Of a DNA stretch of 64,000 nucleotides, positions 31,185 through 41,750 are shown in pieces. The notes beneath the pieces were generated by a model. It was given only the letters and a program-made list of their open reading frames with translations, was not told the DNA's origin and did no database searches. The DNA is taken from positions 1,216,001 through 1,280,000 of the forward strand of contig CBDANS010000007.1 of assembly GCA_965197745.1 (NCBI GenBank), in the 5' to 3' direction. The DNA comes from Opitutales bacterium. Its GTDB lineage: Bacteria; Verrucomicrobiota; Verrucomicrobiia; Opitutales; PNEW01. The position numbers and the translations under genes are program-made. Position 1 is the stretch's first letter. Each line of letters begins with the position of its first letter.

Positions 31185-31374
31185 TTCACTAAATTTCCAG
31201 CCTCTTTACTCAGGATTTAAGTTATTGGCGATATATAATTCCTGCAGTCACCGATTCGAGCACGCGCTGCTTTATTAACCCGATTGTGATTAGTTTTAGC
31301 ATGACAGCTCTCAACCGCTCGATTTCGCAATAAATCCGGGCAAAAAGTTATTTAAATGAATGATAAAAAAGAGG

Positions 31375-31426
31375 TTGACAAAGTGGGGTGAAATGTCATG
31401 AAATGTCAAATAATGGTGAATTGGGT
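31375..31426 (+). promoter_or_regulatory. Putative dcw promoter with MraZ-box-like 10-bp direct repeats
   Basis: TTGACA at 31375-31380, followed by the 10-bp phased units GTGGGGTGAA / ATGTCATGAA / ATGTCAAATA / ATGGTGAATT directly upstream of mraZ. Confidence 0.6.
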
Positions 31427-31435
31427 CAATTAGTG

Positions 31436-31885
31436 ATGATAGAATCAGAGTTAGAGACATTATATGTGGGGGAGTTCCGGCATAACCTTGATGCAAAAAA
31501 ACGGGTTACGGTTCCTTCTAAATGGCGTTTTCGCGGGGATGATATAGACGTCTACGTGGCATGGCCGCACCCTAATGGCTATATAGTGGTATATCCTCCG
31601 AGGAAGATCGAGGAATTTCGAGAGAAACTGGGTGATTTGCAGGAGAGTGATCCACGGGGGCAGCGAATGTTACAGAAGCTTTTCGGAAAAGCTCACAATT
31701 TTGGCTGTGATTCCCAGGGAAGGATCAAGCTTCATGAAAAACTGGTAGAAGCAGCTGAAATAGAGAAGGAAGTTGTCCTTGTTGGGTTAGTTGAGAAATT
31801 CACGATATGGAGCGCTGCCCGCTTCGACCAACAGGACGAAGAAGAATTTGATCTGCAGTCAGCGATGAAAGATTTGGGCATTTAA
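31436..31885 (+). CDS. mraZ: Transcriptional regulator MraZ
   Basis: HNLDAKKRV and DSQGRI SpoVT/AbrB repeats; first gene of the dcw cluster; start uncertain (31403 or 31436). Confidence 0.92.
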   Translation: MIESELETLYVGEFRHNLDAKKRVTVPSKWRFRGDDIDVYVAWPHPNGYIVVYPPRKIEEFREKLGDLQESDPRGQRMLQKLFGKAHNFGCDSQGRIKLHEKLVEAAEIEKEVVLVGLVEKFTIWSAARFDQQDEEEFDLQSAMKDLGI

Positions 31886-31898
31886 CCACAATCAAACT

Positions 31899-32105
31899 AT
31901 GCACTTAAGAAAAAATTCATTCAACAGCGATATACTAGGGACTGAAGATCCAAGGCATTTTTCAGATTGGAAGTTCCGCAACCTCCACCAACCGGTAAAC
32001 CTGGGGAATCAGAATTTACTCTCAAAGTTAATAGAGCGCCGCAGACGGGCTATTCTGAAACCGCGAGGTATAAAAGCGTTTCTCCATGCTATTCTCAATC
32101 GCTAA
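31899..32105 (+). other. 68-aa small ORF and/or structured RNA between mraZ and rsmH
   Basis: ATG-TAA ORF filling the intergenic space; several predicted hairpins. Confidence 0.4.
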
Positions 32106-32124
32106 AATAAGACCGCGTCAACTT

Positions 32125-33078
32125 ATGCTCGCACACCTTCCAGTACTCCTGCGTGAGGTGATTGAAATATTTGAACCTCGCGATGGGCATCATTATCTGG
32201 ATGCGACATTTGGAGGAGGGGGCCATACCCGGGCTTTGTTGGACGCAGCCGATACGACCCGGGTCACGGCAATCGATTGCGATCCTGAAGTATCTGTTCG
32301 TGCTGATGCGATGAGGATAAAATATGGCGCTCGTCTAAAATATCACGATCTCAACTTCGACCAGATAGATACTCTTGAGGAAATTGATTTCAATGGCGCT
32401 TTATTTGACTTAGGGGTATCTTCATATCAGCTGGAGGATAGTGAACGCGGATTTTCTTTCCGACATGCCGCTACCGTGGATATGCGATTGAATCCGCGAG
32501 AAGGTATTTCAGCTGCTGAATTTCTGGAAACGGCAACCCGCGAAGAGCTTGTTCTAGCAGTGCGTGATTACGGTGAAGAAAAACGATGGCGTCGTGTTGT
32601 TGAAGCTATCCTGAAGGCTCGTGGCAGCGGTGCTCTCAAGGATACATTAGAGTTGGCTGAGGTTATTAATAAAGCGACAGCTGCCCATGGTTTGGAGAGA
32701 AGGGCGCGTATTCACCCGTCAACAAGAACATTTCAAGGCATTCGCATTGCCATTAATCGAGAACTTGAACGGTTGGAGATAGCGCTTTCCATGGCTTTCA
32801 AGAAATTAGCGGCAGGTGGCATCCTCATCGTTATAAGTTTCCATTCGCTGGAGGACCGTATTGTAAAACGATACTTCAATCGTATGGCTGGCCGTCCTGA
32901 GCACCGGGGTGACGCGCAATCACAACAAGCGCGAACCGTTCATGCCACTTTATTAACGAAACGTCCTAAACGACCCTCATCTGAAGAAAAAGAAAACAAT
33001 ATGCGCAGTCGCTCTGCTCGTCTCCGGGCAATTCGCAAAATTTTTACGCCTAACCCCCTGCAAAATGAAAATATATAA
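32125..33078 (+). CDS. rsmH: 16S rRNA m4C1402 methyltransferase RsmH (MraW)
   Basis: HLPVLL, DATFGGGGH, DLGVSS, DMR, SFHSLEDR, RSRSARLR. Confidence 0.96.
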   Translation: MLAHLPVLLREVIEIFEPRDGHHYLDATFGGGGHTRALLDAADTTRVTAIDCDPEVSVRADAMRIKYGARLKYHDLNFDQIDTLEEIDFNGALFDLGVSSYQLEDSERGFSFRHAATVDMRLNPREGISAAEFLETATREELVLAVRDYGEEKRWRRVVEAILKARGSGALKDTLELAEVINKATAAHGLERRARIHPSTRTFQGIRIAINRELERLEIALSMAFKKLAAGGILIVISFHSLEDRIVKRYFNRMAGRPEHRGDAQSQQARTVHATLLTKRPKRPSSEEKENNMRSRSARLRAIRKIFTPNPLQNENI

Positions 33079-33448
33079 GGATATAAACCCTAACTACCTG
33101 CATAAGATATTTACTTTAATTATGCTCATCATGCTCATATCAGCCAGTGGTGGACTTGGAATTGTCTGGCTGCGTCAGCAGATTTCAATGATCGCTACAC
33201 GTTCCCAGAAGATAGAAAGCAAACTTGTCATTATTGAACGCAATATAAGAAATCTGGACGCAAAAATAGGAGAGATTCACAATCCCAAAAAGCTTCTTCG
33301 TCACGCGACGGACATGAAGTTAAGTTTAAGCCAACCCCGTGAAGATCAAATCGTCCGGCTCACTCCACGGGGTGGCAATAACTTCGCTCCTAATGTGATT
33401 CGAGAAAGTAACGCTTTCGCAGGTAATCTTGTTGCCATTAACCCCTAG
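33065..33448 (+). CDS. ftsL: FtsL-like cell division protein
   Basis: Single TM helix plus coiled coil, located between rsmH and ftsI. Confidence 0.65.
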   Translation: MKIYKDINPNYLHKIFTLIMLIMLISASGGLGIVWLRQQISMIATRSQKIESKLVIIERNIRNLDAKIGEIHNPKKLLRHATDMKLSLSQPREDQIVRLTPRGGNNFAPNVIRESNAFAGNLVAINP

Positions 33449-33463
33449 CTCAACCCCTTACAG

Positions 33464-35260
33464 ATGAGTAATGCCTACATACCCCGTTGGCGGATATGGT
33501 TTATCGCTGTCGGAATATCTTTATGTTTTGGGGGCATCCTCTGGCGGTTATATTACCTCCATATTCTGGAACAGGATAACCTTGTGCGTATTGTCGCCAC
33601 GAATCGCAACAAACTCGAAATATTAAGTTCTCGTCGTGGCAAAGTTGTGGATTCACGAGGGAATCTTCTGGCCACTACCAACTCGGTCATTGAGTTAGGG
33701 GTCGATCCACAGGGGACAAGAACTGAAGATCTGAACAGTCTCCCTGAGCTGGCGCATATTATTAATATGCCACTTGAAGAATTAGAATCGCGCATGTTGA
33801 AAAAAACGCGAAAAGAAGCGGGTAATTATAGTCAGGAAGTAAGACCTATTCGCTGGAGCAAACTCGCAGACAGCATAGGGGAGGAGACCTATAAAAGCGT
33901 GCGCGCGCTTGGAATAAAGGGCGTCTATGGGAATCGAAAATTCGAACGTTTATATCCTGGTGAATCGCTCGCCTCTCATCTCATGGGATTTATCAATAAA
34001 GAGGGAACTCCGGTAATGGGAGTCGAACGCTATATGGACTTTTATCTGCGCGGGCAGGATGGATGGCGTGAGACCGAATACGATGGTCTTCGTCGAGAAC
34101 TGGCCCGATTTCGTAAGCGCGAGGTCGAACCCACAGATGGCCTGAACATCGAATTAACGATCGACTTTGTCGTTCAGCATATCATCGAAGATGAATTGAA
34201 AAAATTGGTGGAAAAATACCAGCCAGAATCAGCAACAGTTATTGTCAGTGATCCCTCCACGGGCTACCTTATGGGGTTGGCGAACTGGCCTACCTTTGAC
34301 TTAAATGAATTCTGGAAGTACCCACTCGACTGGCATCGAAACCGTGCGGTCTCAGATATTTTTGAACCGGGTTCTACTTTCAAGATAGTCTCTGTCAGTG
34401 GCGCTCTCAATGAGTCTCTTGTTCAGCCCGATACACTGTTCGACTGCAACCAGCCGTATATCAGGTATCATGGGAAAATAATCAGATTACCTCGCGACCA
34501 CAAACCGCACGGGGTTCTGACCGTTAGTGAAGTAGTCAGTAAATCAAGCAATCGCGGAGCCGCGCAACTGGGTATGCTTCTGGGGCCAAACAGACTCTAT
34601 GATTACTGTGTAGCATTTGGATTTGGAGACTTAACCGGCTATCCTCTCGAAGGCGAAGTAGCAGGTATTTTACACCCGGTTAGAAAGTGGGACAGTCTTA
34701 CGATCAGCCGATTGCCGATTGGACATGCCGTGAGTGCCACGCCTTTACAGATTCATTATGCCATGTCCGTTATTGCTAATAAGGGAGTACTCATGAGTCC
34801 ACAGATAGTACGTCGCGTGTTTGACGCTGAAGGGCAGACATTGGCCAGTTTTCGTCCAAAGACTCGGCACCGGGCGATTAGGGAGGAGACGGCAAGTGAA
34901 GTTTCTCAATTCCTGATTAAGACGGTCAGCCCGAATGGCACTGCGCCATTGGCGATTATACCTGATTATGAAGTGGCGGGTAAAACGGGCACGACCAGAA
35001 AAATCATCAATGGCCGGTATACCAATCAGCATCATGTTACTTCCTTTGTCGGTTTCTTTCCCGCTTCGAAACCCCGGTTGGTAATAACCGTCGTGGTCGA
35101 CGATCCTCAGTCGGAGATGCCGAGCTATGGAGGTAAAATTGCAGCTCCGGTATTCAAGAGCGTCGCACAGAAGTTGATTCAGTATCTGGAGATAGAGCCG
35201 GTAAGTGAAAAGCGCGAATACTATGCAATGAGAGGGCTAAGTTATGAATCCCGGCGTTAA
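33464..35260 (+). CDS. ftsI: Class B penicillin-binding protein (FtsI/PBP3)
   Basis: EPGSTFK, KSSN, GKTGT; position in the dcw cluster. Confidence 0.92.
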   Translation: MSNAYIPRWRIWFIAVGISLCFGGILWRLYYLHILEQDNLVRIVATNRNKLEILSSRRGKVVDSRGNLLATTNSVIELGVDPQGTRTEDLNSLPELAHIINMPLEELESRMLKKTRKEAGNYSQEVRPIRWSKLADSIGEETYKSVRALGIKGVYGNRKFERLYPGESLASHLMGFINKEGTPVMGVERYMDFYLRGQDGWRETEYDGLRRELARFRKREVEPTDGLNIELTIDFVVQHIIEDELKKLVEKYQPESATVIVSDPSTGYLMGLANWPTFDLNEFWKYPLDWHRNRAVSDIFEPGSTFKIVSVSGALNESLVQPDTLFDCNQPYIRYHGKIIRLPRDHKPHGVLTVSEVVSKSSNRGAAQLGMLLGPNRLYDYCVAFGFGDLTGYPLEGEVAGILHPVRKWDSLTISRLPIGHAVSATPLQIHYAMSVIANKGVLMSPQIVRRVFDAEGQTLASFRPKTRHRAIREETASEVSQFLIKTVSPNGTAPLAIIPDYEVAGKTGTTRKIINGRYTNQHHVTSFVGFFPASKPRLVITVVVDDPQSEMPSYGGKIAAPVFKSVAQKLIQYLEIEPVSEKREYYAMRGLSYESRR

Positions 35261-36827
35261 CATTCTGATAAGTCATTTAATAGGAAATGCAACCTTAGCG
35301 GCGATTACCTTGTATAATATAGAAAGAGCATATATTAAAACTATGGAAGCCAGCCTAAAGCTCCTTTTTGACAATCTTCCCGTAATCAGCTTCTCTGGAG
35401 AAGGTGAGTGCAAAATTAGAAATATTTGCACCGATAGTCGCCGTGTGGCTCCGGGGACATTGTTTTTTGCTATCAGCGGTCTTCACACCGATGGCAATCT
35501 CTATATAAATGAAGCCATAAATCGAGGTGCTTCCGCAGTTGTATCAGAGCAACTCTGCAGATCGCACAATGAAGTTGTCACCATTCAGGTTAAAAATATT
35601 AGAAGTATTCTCACTGCTGTGGCGCGGAGGTTCTATCATTCACCGGAAGAGGATATTGAGCTTGTTGGAATCACAGGCACTAATGGTAAAACCACAGTCG
35701 CATTTCTTGTAAAATTTCTTCTCGAAGAAAAGGATCATAAGGTCGGTATGATAGGGACCGTCCAATACTATCTTGGGGAGCGAACCCTGCCCGCTTACAG
35801 AACGACACCTGAGTCTATTGAGATCTATTCTATGCTCGCACAAATGCGGGGGGCCAATTGTCGTGAAGCAGTAATGGAAGTCAGTTCTCATGGCATCCAG
35901 CAAGAACGTGTAAGCGGATTACAATTTAAAGTCGCTGCTTTTCTGGGACTCACTCGGGACCATATCGACTATCATAAGTCCATGGAGGAATATTTTAAAA
36001 TAAAATGTAAACTATTCAATGGAGAAACAGGATGCCAGCCATCAACCGCGGTTATCAATATCGATGATTCTTACGGCAGTCGATTATTTGAAAATGTTCA
36101 CAACGATATCTCTGTTCTCTCTTATGGCGAAAGTGAAAGCGCGAATATCCGTGCCACAAACATAGAACTCAGTGACCACGGTTCGAAGTTTACCTTATAC
36201 TGGCCCGATGGTTCAGTCGACATCTTCTCCCCTCTCCTCGGGCGTTACAATATAAGCAATGTCCTTGCTTCGATGGCGATAATATGCGCCTTGGGTCGGG
36301 ATCCATCAACGCTTGCTTCGCGCCTTAAAAAATTTCCCGGCGTTCCCGGTCGTATGGAACGCATAGACCTGGGACAACCATTTAATGTGTTGGTCGATTA
36401 CGCGCACACTGATGATGCTTTAAAAAACGCGCTTTCCATGTTGCGCACGGTGACGCCGGGTAATCTCTATGTGGTATTCGGTTGTGGAGGCAATCGCGAT
36501 CGTGAAAAACGGCCCCTTATGACACGCGCGGTAATGGAACACGCCGACTATGCCTGGGCTACATCCGACAACCCGAGGAACGAAGAACAAGAAACTATAT
36601 TTGATGATATGAAGGGGGGAGTTACCGATTTCGAGCGCATCCAATTTATCGAGGATCGCCGTCGCGCTATTAATCTAGCCCTTGAATCGGCTCAGGCCGG
36701 AGATTGCCTGCTCATCGCCGGGAAGGGGCATGAAACTTTTCAAATGATACATGATTCCGTCGTTCCTTTTGATGACCGTCAAGTTGCACAGGAGCTTTTG
36801 GGTGTTAAACAATTCAGCAAACGATAA
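35244..36827 (+). CDS. murE: UDP-MurNAc-tripeptide synthetase MurE (meso-DAP type)
   Basis: GITGTNGKTT, VDYAHT, SDNPR; alternative start at 35343. Confidence 0.95.
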   Translation: MNPGVNILISHLIGNATLAAITLYNIERAYIKTMEASLKLLFDNLPVISFSGEGECKIRNICTDSRRVAPGTLFFAISGLHTDGNLYINEAINRGASAVVSEQLCRSHNEVVTIQVKNIRSILTAVARRFYHSPEEDIELVGITGTNGKTTVAFLVKFLLEEKDHKVGMIGTVQYYLGERTLPAYRTTPESIEIYSMLAQMRGANCREAVMEVSSHGIQQERVSGLQFKVAAFLGLTRDHIDYHKSMEEYFKIKCKLFNGETGCQPSTAVINIDDSYGSRLFENVHNDISVLSYGESESANIRATNIELSDHGSKFTLYWPDGSVDIFSPLLGRYNISNVLASMAIICALGRDPSTLASRLKKFPGVPGRMERIDLGQPFNVLVDYAHTDDALKNALSMLRTVTPGNLYVVFGCGGNRDREKRPLMTRAVMEHADYAWATSDNPRNEEQETIFDDMKGGVTDFERIQFIEDRRRAINLALESAQAGDCLLIAGKGHETFQMIHDSVVPFDDRQVAQELLGVKQFSKR

Positions 36828-36830
36828 TGA

Positions 36831-38255
36831 GTGATGCCGAAATTTGATCCGGATAAATTACAGACTTGGACTTCGGGTGAATGGAAATCGGGAGTACCTC
36901 GTAGAATATCTGGATTTTCTTTTGATACAAGAATACTCCAACAAGAGAATCTTTTTATAGCTATAAAAACGAATAAAAATGACGGACATGATTTTATAGT
37001 CAAAGCGAAAGAGGCCGGCGCCAGCGGAGCCCTTGTCGCGCGTCACAATCCTCGTATTTCTCTGCCACAACTGCTAGTAAAAGAACCCCTGGCCGCACTC
37101 CATTCGATGGCCACTTATCACCGACAGGAATACCACGGGCCTGTAATCGGTGTAACTGGCAGTTGTGGCAAAACTTCTACTAAAGATCTCCTCGCACTAC
37201 TCCTGGGTGATAATGGCGTTCATCGCAATCGGGAAAACTATAATAATCAACTCGGTGTCCCTTTGACCCTCCTCGAGATAGATCATCACAATCACGATTG
37301 CGCCATTATTGAAGTGGGGATGAATGCTCCAGGTGAAATTGAGCAGCTGTCCCGACTTATAAAACCCACGGCTAGCATCATCACTTCGGTGGCCGCTGCC
37401 CATCTGGATGCTTTTAATTCTATTGATGATATTGCGCGTGAAAAATCGATCCTTGGCCATCACACGCAGAATGATGGCCGGATTTTTTTTCACCGTGACT
37501 GTAGCCGGTATGATGCTTTTCATAATTTTCCCGCTCCTTCAGTTATTCTCATTGAGGATGAGACCTCGGGTCATTTACCCGTAAAAGAAGGAGAGGGTAT
37601 CTCCTGGTGGGTGAAAAGATCACACCGTCCTGATGGAGGTTCTGCCCTTACGCTGAAGGTGCCACCCGACGCACGTCACACTTTCAATCTCTCTCCACTC
37701 AGCCCCGGGATGGTTAGCAATACCTGTCTGGCGATCGCAACCGCCTGGCACTTGGGGGTAAATGATGAAGACATTCAGGAAAGACTTTTGTGCTGGCATC
37801 CCACATCTCTTCGCGGTGAGATTATTCACCGCGAAGAGAAAATTTTCTATGTTGATTGTTATAATGCGAGTCCAGCCTCGATGGCTGACAGCTTTAAGGC
37901 ATTTAGCACTCTTATGCAGACGTCCTTGCCCCGTCTCTACGTTCTCGGATGCATGGCTGAATTAGGCGAACAAGCACAGGATCTTCATTACGCAGTAGGA
38001 CGTTTGCTGGAATTGCGTTCAGAGGATAAAGTAATAATTATAGGTGAACATGCAGGTAGTCTGCGCGACGGAATTTATTCTCAAGGCCACGAAAAAAAAC
38101 AGGTGGCCATATTCACTTCAGGTGAAGCTATGCGAAAGGCTATAAGCGAATTCGAAGGGGCGGTGCTTCTTAAAGGCAGTCGTATACACAAACTGGAATC
38201 GCTGCTCCCTGCCGTGAAATCTAAGGTGTCAATCAGGGACAAACAGGCATGTTAA
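36831..38255 (+). CDS. murF: UDP-MurNAc-pentapeptide synthetase MurF
   Basis: VTGSCGKTSTK, NNQLGVP, DCYNASP, LKGSR. Confidence 0.95.
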   Translation: MMPKFDPDKLQTWTSGEWKSGVPRRISGFSFDTRILQQENLFIAIKTNKNDGHDFIVKAKEAGASGALVARHNPRISLPQLLVKEPLAALHSMATYHRQEYHGPVIGVTGSCGKTSTKDLLALLLGDNGVHRNRENYNNQLGVPLTLLEIDHHNHDCAIIEVGMNAPGEIEQLSRLIKPTASIITSVAAAHLDAFNSIDDIAREKSILGHHTQNDGRIFFHRDCSRYDAFHNFPAPSVILIEDETSGHLPVKEGEGISWWVKRSHRPDGGSALTLKVPPDARHTFNLSPLSPGMVSNTCLAIATAWHLGVNDEDIQERLLCWHPTSLRGEIIHREEKIFYVDCYNASPASMADSFKAFSTLMQTSLPRLYVLGCMAELGEQAQDLHYAVGRLLELRSEDKVIIIGEHAGSLRDGIYSQGHEKKQVAIFTSGEAMRKAISEFEGAVLLKGSRIHKLESLLPAVKSKVSIRDKQAC

Positions 38256-39349
38256 GCTACCTTGCAGAGTATCAAGATCTATTTGGACCTTTACGCTTGT
38301 TCCGCTATCTCACTCTGCGGGGAGTACTGGCGGCCGCGACGGCATTGGCTATAGGCTTTGTCATTGCGCCCTGGCTTATTGCCAAACTTCACAGCTTCAA
38401 GCTTGCCCAGTCGATGCGAGACGCTTCAGAGGTGGGTGATCTTGCTAAATTGCACGCCGACAAAAAAGACACCCCAACGATGGGGGGGGTGATTATTTTT
38501 ATTGCTATAATCATCAGCTCACTGCTCTGGGCAAAGCCCAATATTTATGTCATAACATCACTAATTGTGTATATTGCGCTGACCGCTGTCGGGCTGCTTG
38601 ATGATTACCTTAAAATATCGCGCAAGAGCAGTAAAGGGCTGGCCAGCCGTTATAAACTATTAGGACAAGCATTAATAGCTTTCATGGCACTGGGTCTGCT
38701 AATGCTTAACGAGGATATTGGTTCTCAAATGCGCGAGTTATGGGTGCCATTTTTAAAATATCCCGTTATTGAACAGATGCCCTACTGGTTTCTTTTAATA
38801 TTCTTTTTCCTTGTTCTTGCGGGATCAAGTAATGCCATTAATTTAACTGATGGAATAGATGGTTTGGCCATTGGTTGCACGGTCACGGTGGCTCTTGTTT
38901 ACTCGGTCATGGCCTACCTTACGGGAAACGCGATAATAGCCGATTATCTGCTGATCAGTTTCATCAATGGAACCGGTGAACTGGCAGTAATTTGTGCGGC
39001 CATGTTGGGCGCAAGTCTTGCCTTTCTCTGGTATAATGCTCATCCCGCTGAAGTATTCATGGGTGATACCGGTTCTCTTGCACTGGGGGGACTTTTGGGA
39101 ACGATTGCTTTTATCGTTCATCAACCAATCACACTTATCCTCGTGGGGGGGATTTTCGTTCTTGAAGCGCTTTCTGTGATTATCCAGGTCGTGTCTTTCA
39201 AGACGCGAGGAAAGCGGGTATTTCGCATGGCTCCTATTCACCATCATTTTGAACTGTTGGGCTGGGTGGAATCAAAAGTAGTCATTCGATTCTGGATTTT
39301 ATCTTTAATTTTTGCGATCGGAGGATTAGCCACATTAAAATTGAGATAA
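38249..39349 (+). CDS. mraY: Phospho-N-acetylmuramoyl-pentapeptide transferase
   Basis: TPTMGG, LLDDY, NLTDGIDGL, FMGDTGS, APIHHHFE. Confidence 0.97.
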   Translation: MLSYLAEYQDLFGPLRLFRYLTLRGVLAAATALAIGFVIAPWLIAKLHSFKLAQSMRDASEVGDLAKLHADKKDTPTMGGVIIFIAIIISSLLWAKPNIYVITSLIVYIALTAVGLLDDYLKISRKSSKGLASRYKLLGQALIAFMALGLLMLNEDIGSQMRELWVPFLKYPVIEQMPYWFLLIFFFLVLAGSSNAINLTDGIDGLAIGCTVTVALVYSVMAYLTGNAIIADYLLISFINGTGELAVICAAMLGASLAFLWYNAHPAEVFMGDTGSLALGGLLGTIAFIVHQPITLILVGGIFVLEALSVIIQVVSFKTRGKRVFRMAPIHHHFELLGWVESKVVIRFWILSLIFAIGGLATLKLR

Positions 39350-39354
39350 AGATA

Positions 39355-40653
39355 ATGATGATACCGGATGAAATAAGAAGCCTCCTCGATCGTCCTGTTG
39401 CCATGTTTGGCAGTGGTATCAGCGGTCGTGCGGTTATGGATATTCTGAGGGATTACGCTATTACTTTTATCTGTTATGATGCACGTGGCGATGAAGAAAA
39501 TCGCCATCATTTCAATTCCAATGATGCACGGGAGCACGCCTTGGTCATCTACAGTCCCGGCTTTGCTCAAGATCACCCCTGGCTGCAATCTGCGCGCAGC
39601 GCAGGGTGTCTATGCCTGGGCGAAATCGATTTCGCATCACTTTTCTGGAAGGGCCGAATAATCGCTGTAACCGGCACTAATGGTAAAACGACATTGTCGG
39701 AATTTCTAGCCTTTGCTTTTAAGCGTCTGGGAACGGATGCTCTCGCCGTTGGCAATAATGGTTTTCCCTTCTCCCGTCTCTATGATCTAAAGGCTACAGA
39801 ACAGATGGTGGCGGTATGTGAACTGAGTTCGTTTCAAGCCGAATCGCTCCATTATTTTCAATCCGATGCACTGCTATGGACGAATTTCAGTGAAGATCAT
39901 CTTGATCGTCATCCCTCTATTGAAAGTTATTTTAAAGCCAAATGGAACCTCGTCGATTGCCTTCGACGACCTCTGTTTATAGCGGGTGATTCTGTGGCAA
40001 AAGCAGCGACACGCTATGGCTGTTTGATGCCGGAATATTCAGAAGTAATGGTTGAGACTGAAGCATTGCCATGGGAGTTGCCGAGAGGTTCTGTATTTAC
40101 GGCCTTTCCCCAACGGGAAAATCTTCGGTTGGCTTTGAAGTATTGGCAACGGGAAGAATTTTCCGAAACTGTTTTAAAAAATGCAGCGGTCCGATTTCCG
40201 ACACGCCGGCATCGTCTTGAGAAGGTCTCAGAAATAGGGGATGTCAGCTTCTGGAATGATTCCAAAGCGACCAATTTTGCCGCGACACATGCGGCCCTGA
40301 AAGCGTTTGATGATCCCGTTATATGGATTGGTGGCGGCAAGTCAAAAGGAGGAAATATTAATAATTTTGCCCGCGAGATGGCGGGTAAAATAAAGTCAGC
40401 TTTTTTACTTGGTGAGACCTCTGGAGAATTAGCCGAGGTATTCGAGGCAAGAAATATTCCAGCCCAGCTATGTGACACCATGCAAGAAGCAGTTTTTTCT
40501 TCTTTCGAAAATGCAGAGTCACACAACATTATCCTGCTTAGCCCTGGTTTTTCCAGTCAGGACATGTTTGAAAACTACGATCAGCGTGGAAACAGTTTTG
40601 AGAGTGCGGTTTTAAGTTTGAAGGACCACTTAATACAAAATAAAATAAAATGA
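39355..40653 (+). CDS. murD: UDP-MurNAc-L-Ala-D-Glu ligase MurD
   Basis: VTGTNGKTT, ELSSFQ, DHLDRH, NDSKATN, LLSPG. Confidence 0.95.
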   Translation: MMIPDEIRSLLDRPVAMFGSGISGRAVMDILRDYAITFICYDARGDEENRHHFNSNDAREHALVIYSPGFAQDHPWLQSARSAGCLCLGEIDFASLFWKGRIIAVTGTNGKTTLSEFLAFAFKRLGTDALAVGNNGFPFSRLYDLKATEQMVAVCELSSFQAESLHYFQSDALLWTNFSEDHLDRHPSIESYFKAKWNLVDCLRRPLFIAGDSVAKAATRYGCLMPEYSEVMVETEALPWELPRGSVFTAFPQRENLRLALKYWQREEFSETVLKNAAVRFPTRRHRLEKVSEIGDVSFWNDSKATNFAATHAALKAFDDPVIWIGGGKSKGGNINNFAREMAGKIKSAFLLGETSGELAEVFEARNIPAQLCDTMQEAVFSSFENAESHNIILLSPGFSSQDMFENYDQRGNSFESAVLSLKDHLIQNKIK

Positions 40654-41747
40654 AGAACGATAACTCGAAAATGCTGATAACAAAAATATTCAGTATCGTG
40701 CTAGGTTTGCATCTGTTTATAATTAGCACGCTACTCATCGTGCCCGGATGTGTAACAACTGAAGTGGAGACAGATTCAGTTGATGCCGATCTCAATAGCA
40801 TGAAGGAAGACACGATTAAACCGGAAGCAATATCTCGAACTGAGAGAAAACGTTTGGACCCCGTGTTTAATGCCGGATTTGAAGCAAGGAGCAGCAATCG
40901 TTATTCACCTCGCAGTGGACGTTATCCTCCTACGCGGCCGACTCCGAAGTCGGACATGGATGACATCATTGAGCCACTTGGTGATCTGATCGACACATCC
41001 TATGCAAATTACACAGTGCAAGCGGGTGATAGTCCATGGGCAATCGCTAATGCCCACGGGGTTGACCTCGATGATCTACTGGCGGCCAATGGTTTTGCCC
41101 GGCAGACGACGATCTATGTCGGTCAGGAAATTGTAATACCGGAGAGCGATAACAGTCAAAGCAGCTCGGATGTGGACTTTTCAAGCATCGACGCGGAAAA
41201 TGAATATATTGTTCAACCTGGTGATACCCTTTCCACTATCGCTTTTCGTCGTGATGTTACGGTCAAGTCAATAATTGACGCCAATAAATTAAGCAGTGAT
41301 CTCATATACGTGGGGCAGGTATTATATATTCCCCAAAGTGACGGGTTATCAAAAGACTCCATTAGTATTTCTAAAGACAGGTTAAGGGATCACACGGCCT
41401 TGGGAAGTGAGAACATTCATATCGTCGAAGAAGGTGAAACCCCGAACCTGATAGCCAGGATACATGATATGAAAACTGAAGATTTATTACGATTGAACAA
41501 TATAAGCGACCCCACGAAATTGCAGATTGGGCAGGCATTAATTATTTTAAAAAGCGATTCCACCGTTAAGAGCACAACACCTCCACCTTCCATAATAAGA
41601 ACGGACGAGGAAATGGAACAGGATCTTTTCGAGATCCCGGAAAGTGAAGAAAGCCAGCTTTCTGGAGTTGAAAATTTAGAACGCAGCTTGCTGGACGAAG
41701 AGGAGAAAATTCCCGTTATCCCCATAGATTCAGAAAACGATTTTTAG
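40650..41747 (+). CDS. Membrane-anchored or lipoprotein with three LysM domains
   Basis: YTVQAGDSPWAIA, YIVQPGDTLSTIA, HIVEEGETPNLIA; N-terminal hydrophobic helix ending in PGC. Confidence 0.88.
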   Translation: MKNDNSKMLITKIFSIVLGLHLFIISTLLIVPGCVTTEVETDSVDADLNSMKEDTIKPEAISRTERKRLDPVFNAGFEARSSNRYSPRSGRYPPTRPTPKSDMDDIIEPLGDLIDTSYANYTVQAGDSPWAIANAHGVDLDDLLAANGFARQTTIYVGQEIVIPESDNSQSSSDVDFSSIDAENEYIVQPGDTLSTIAFRRDVTVKSIIDANKLSSDLIYVGQVLYIPQSDGLSKDSISISKDRLRDHTALGSENIHIVEEGETPNLIARIHDMKTEDLLRLNNISDPTKLQIGQALIILKSDSTVKSTTPPPSIIRTDEEMEQDLFEIPESEESQLSGVENLERSLLDEEEKIPVIPIDSENDF

Positions 41748-41750
41748 AGA

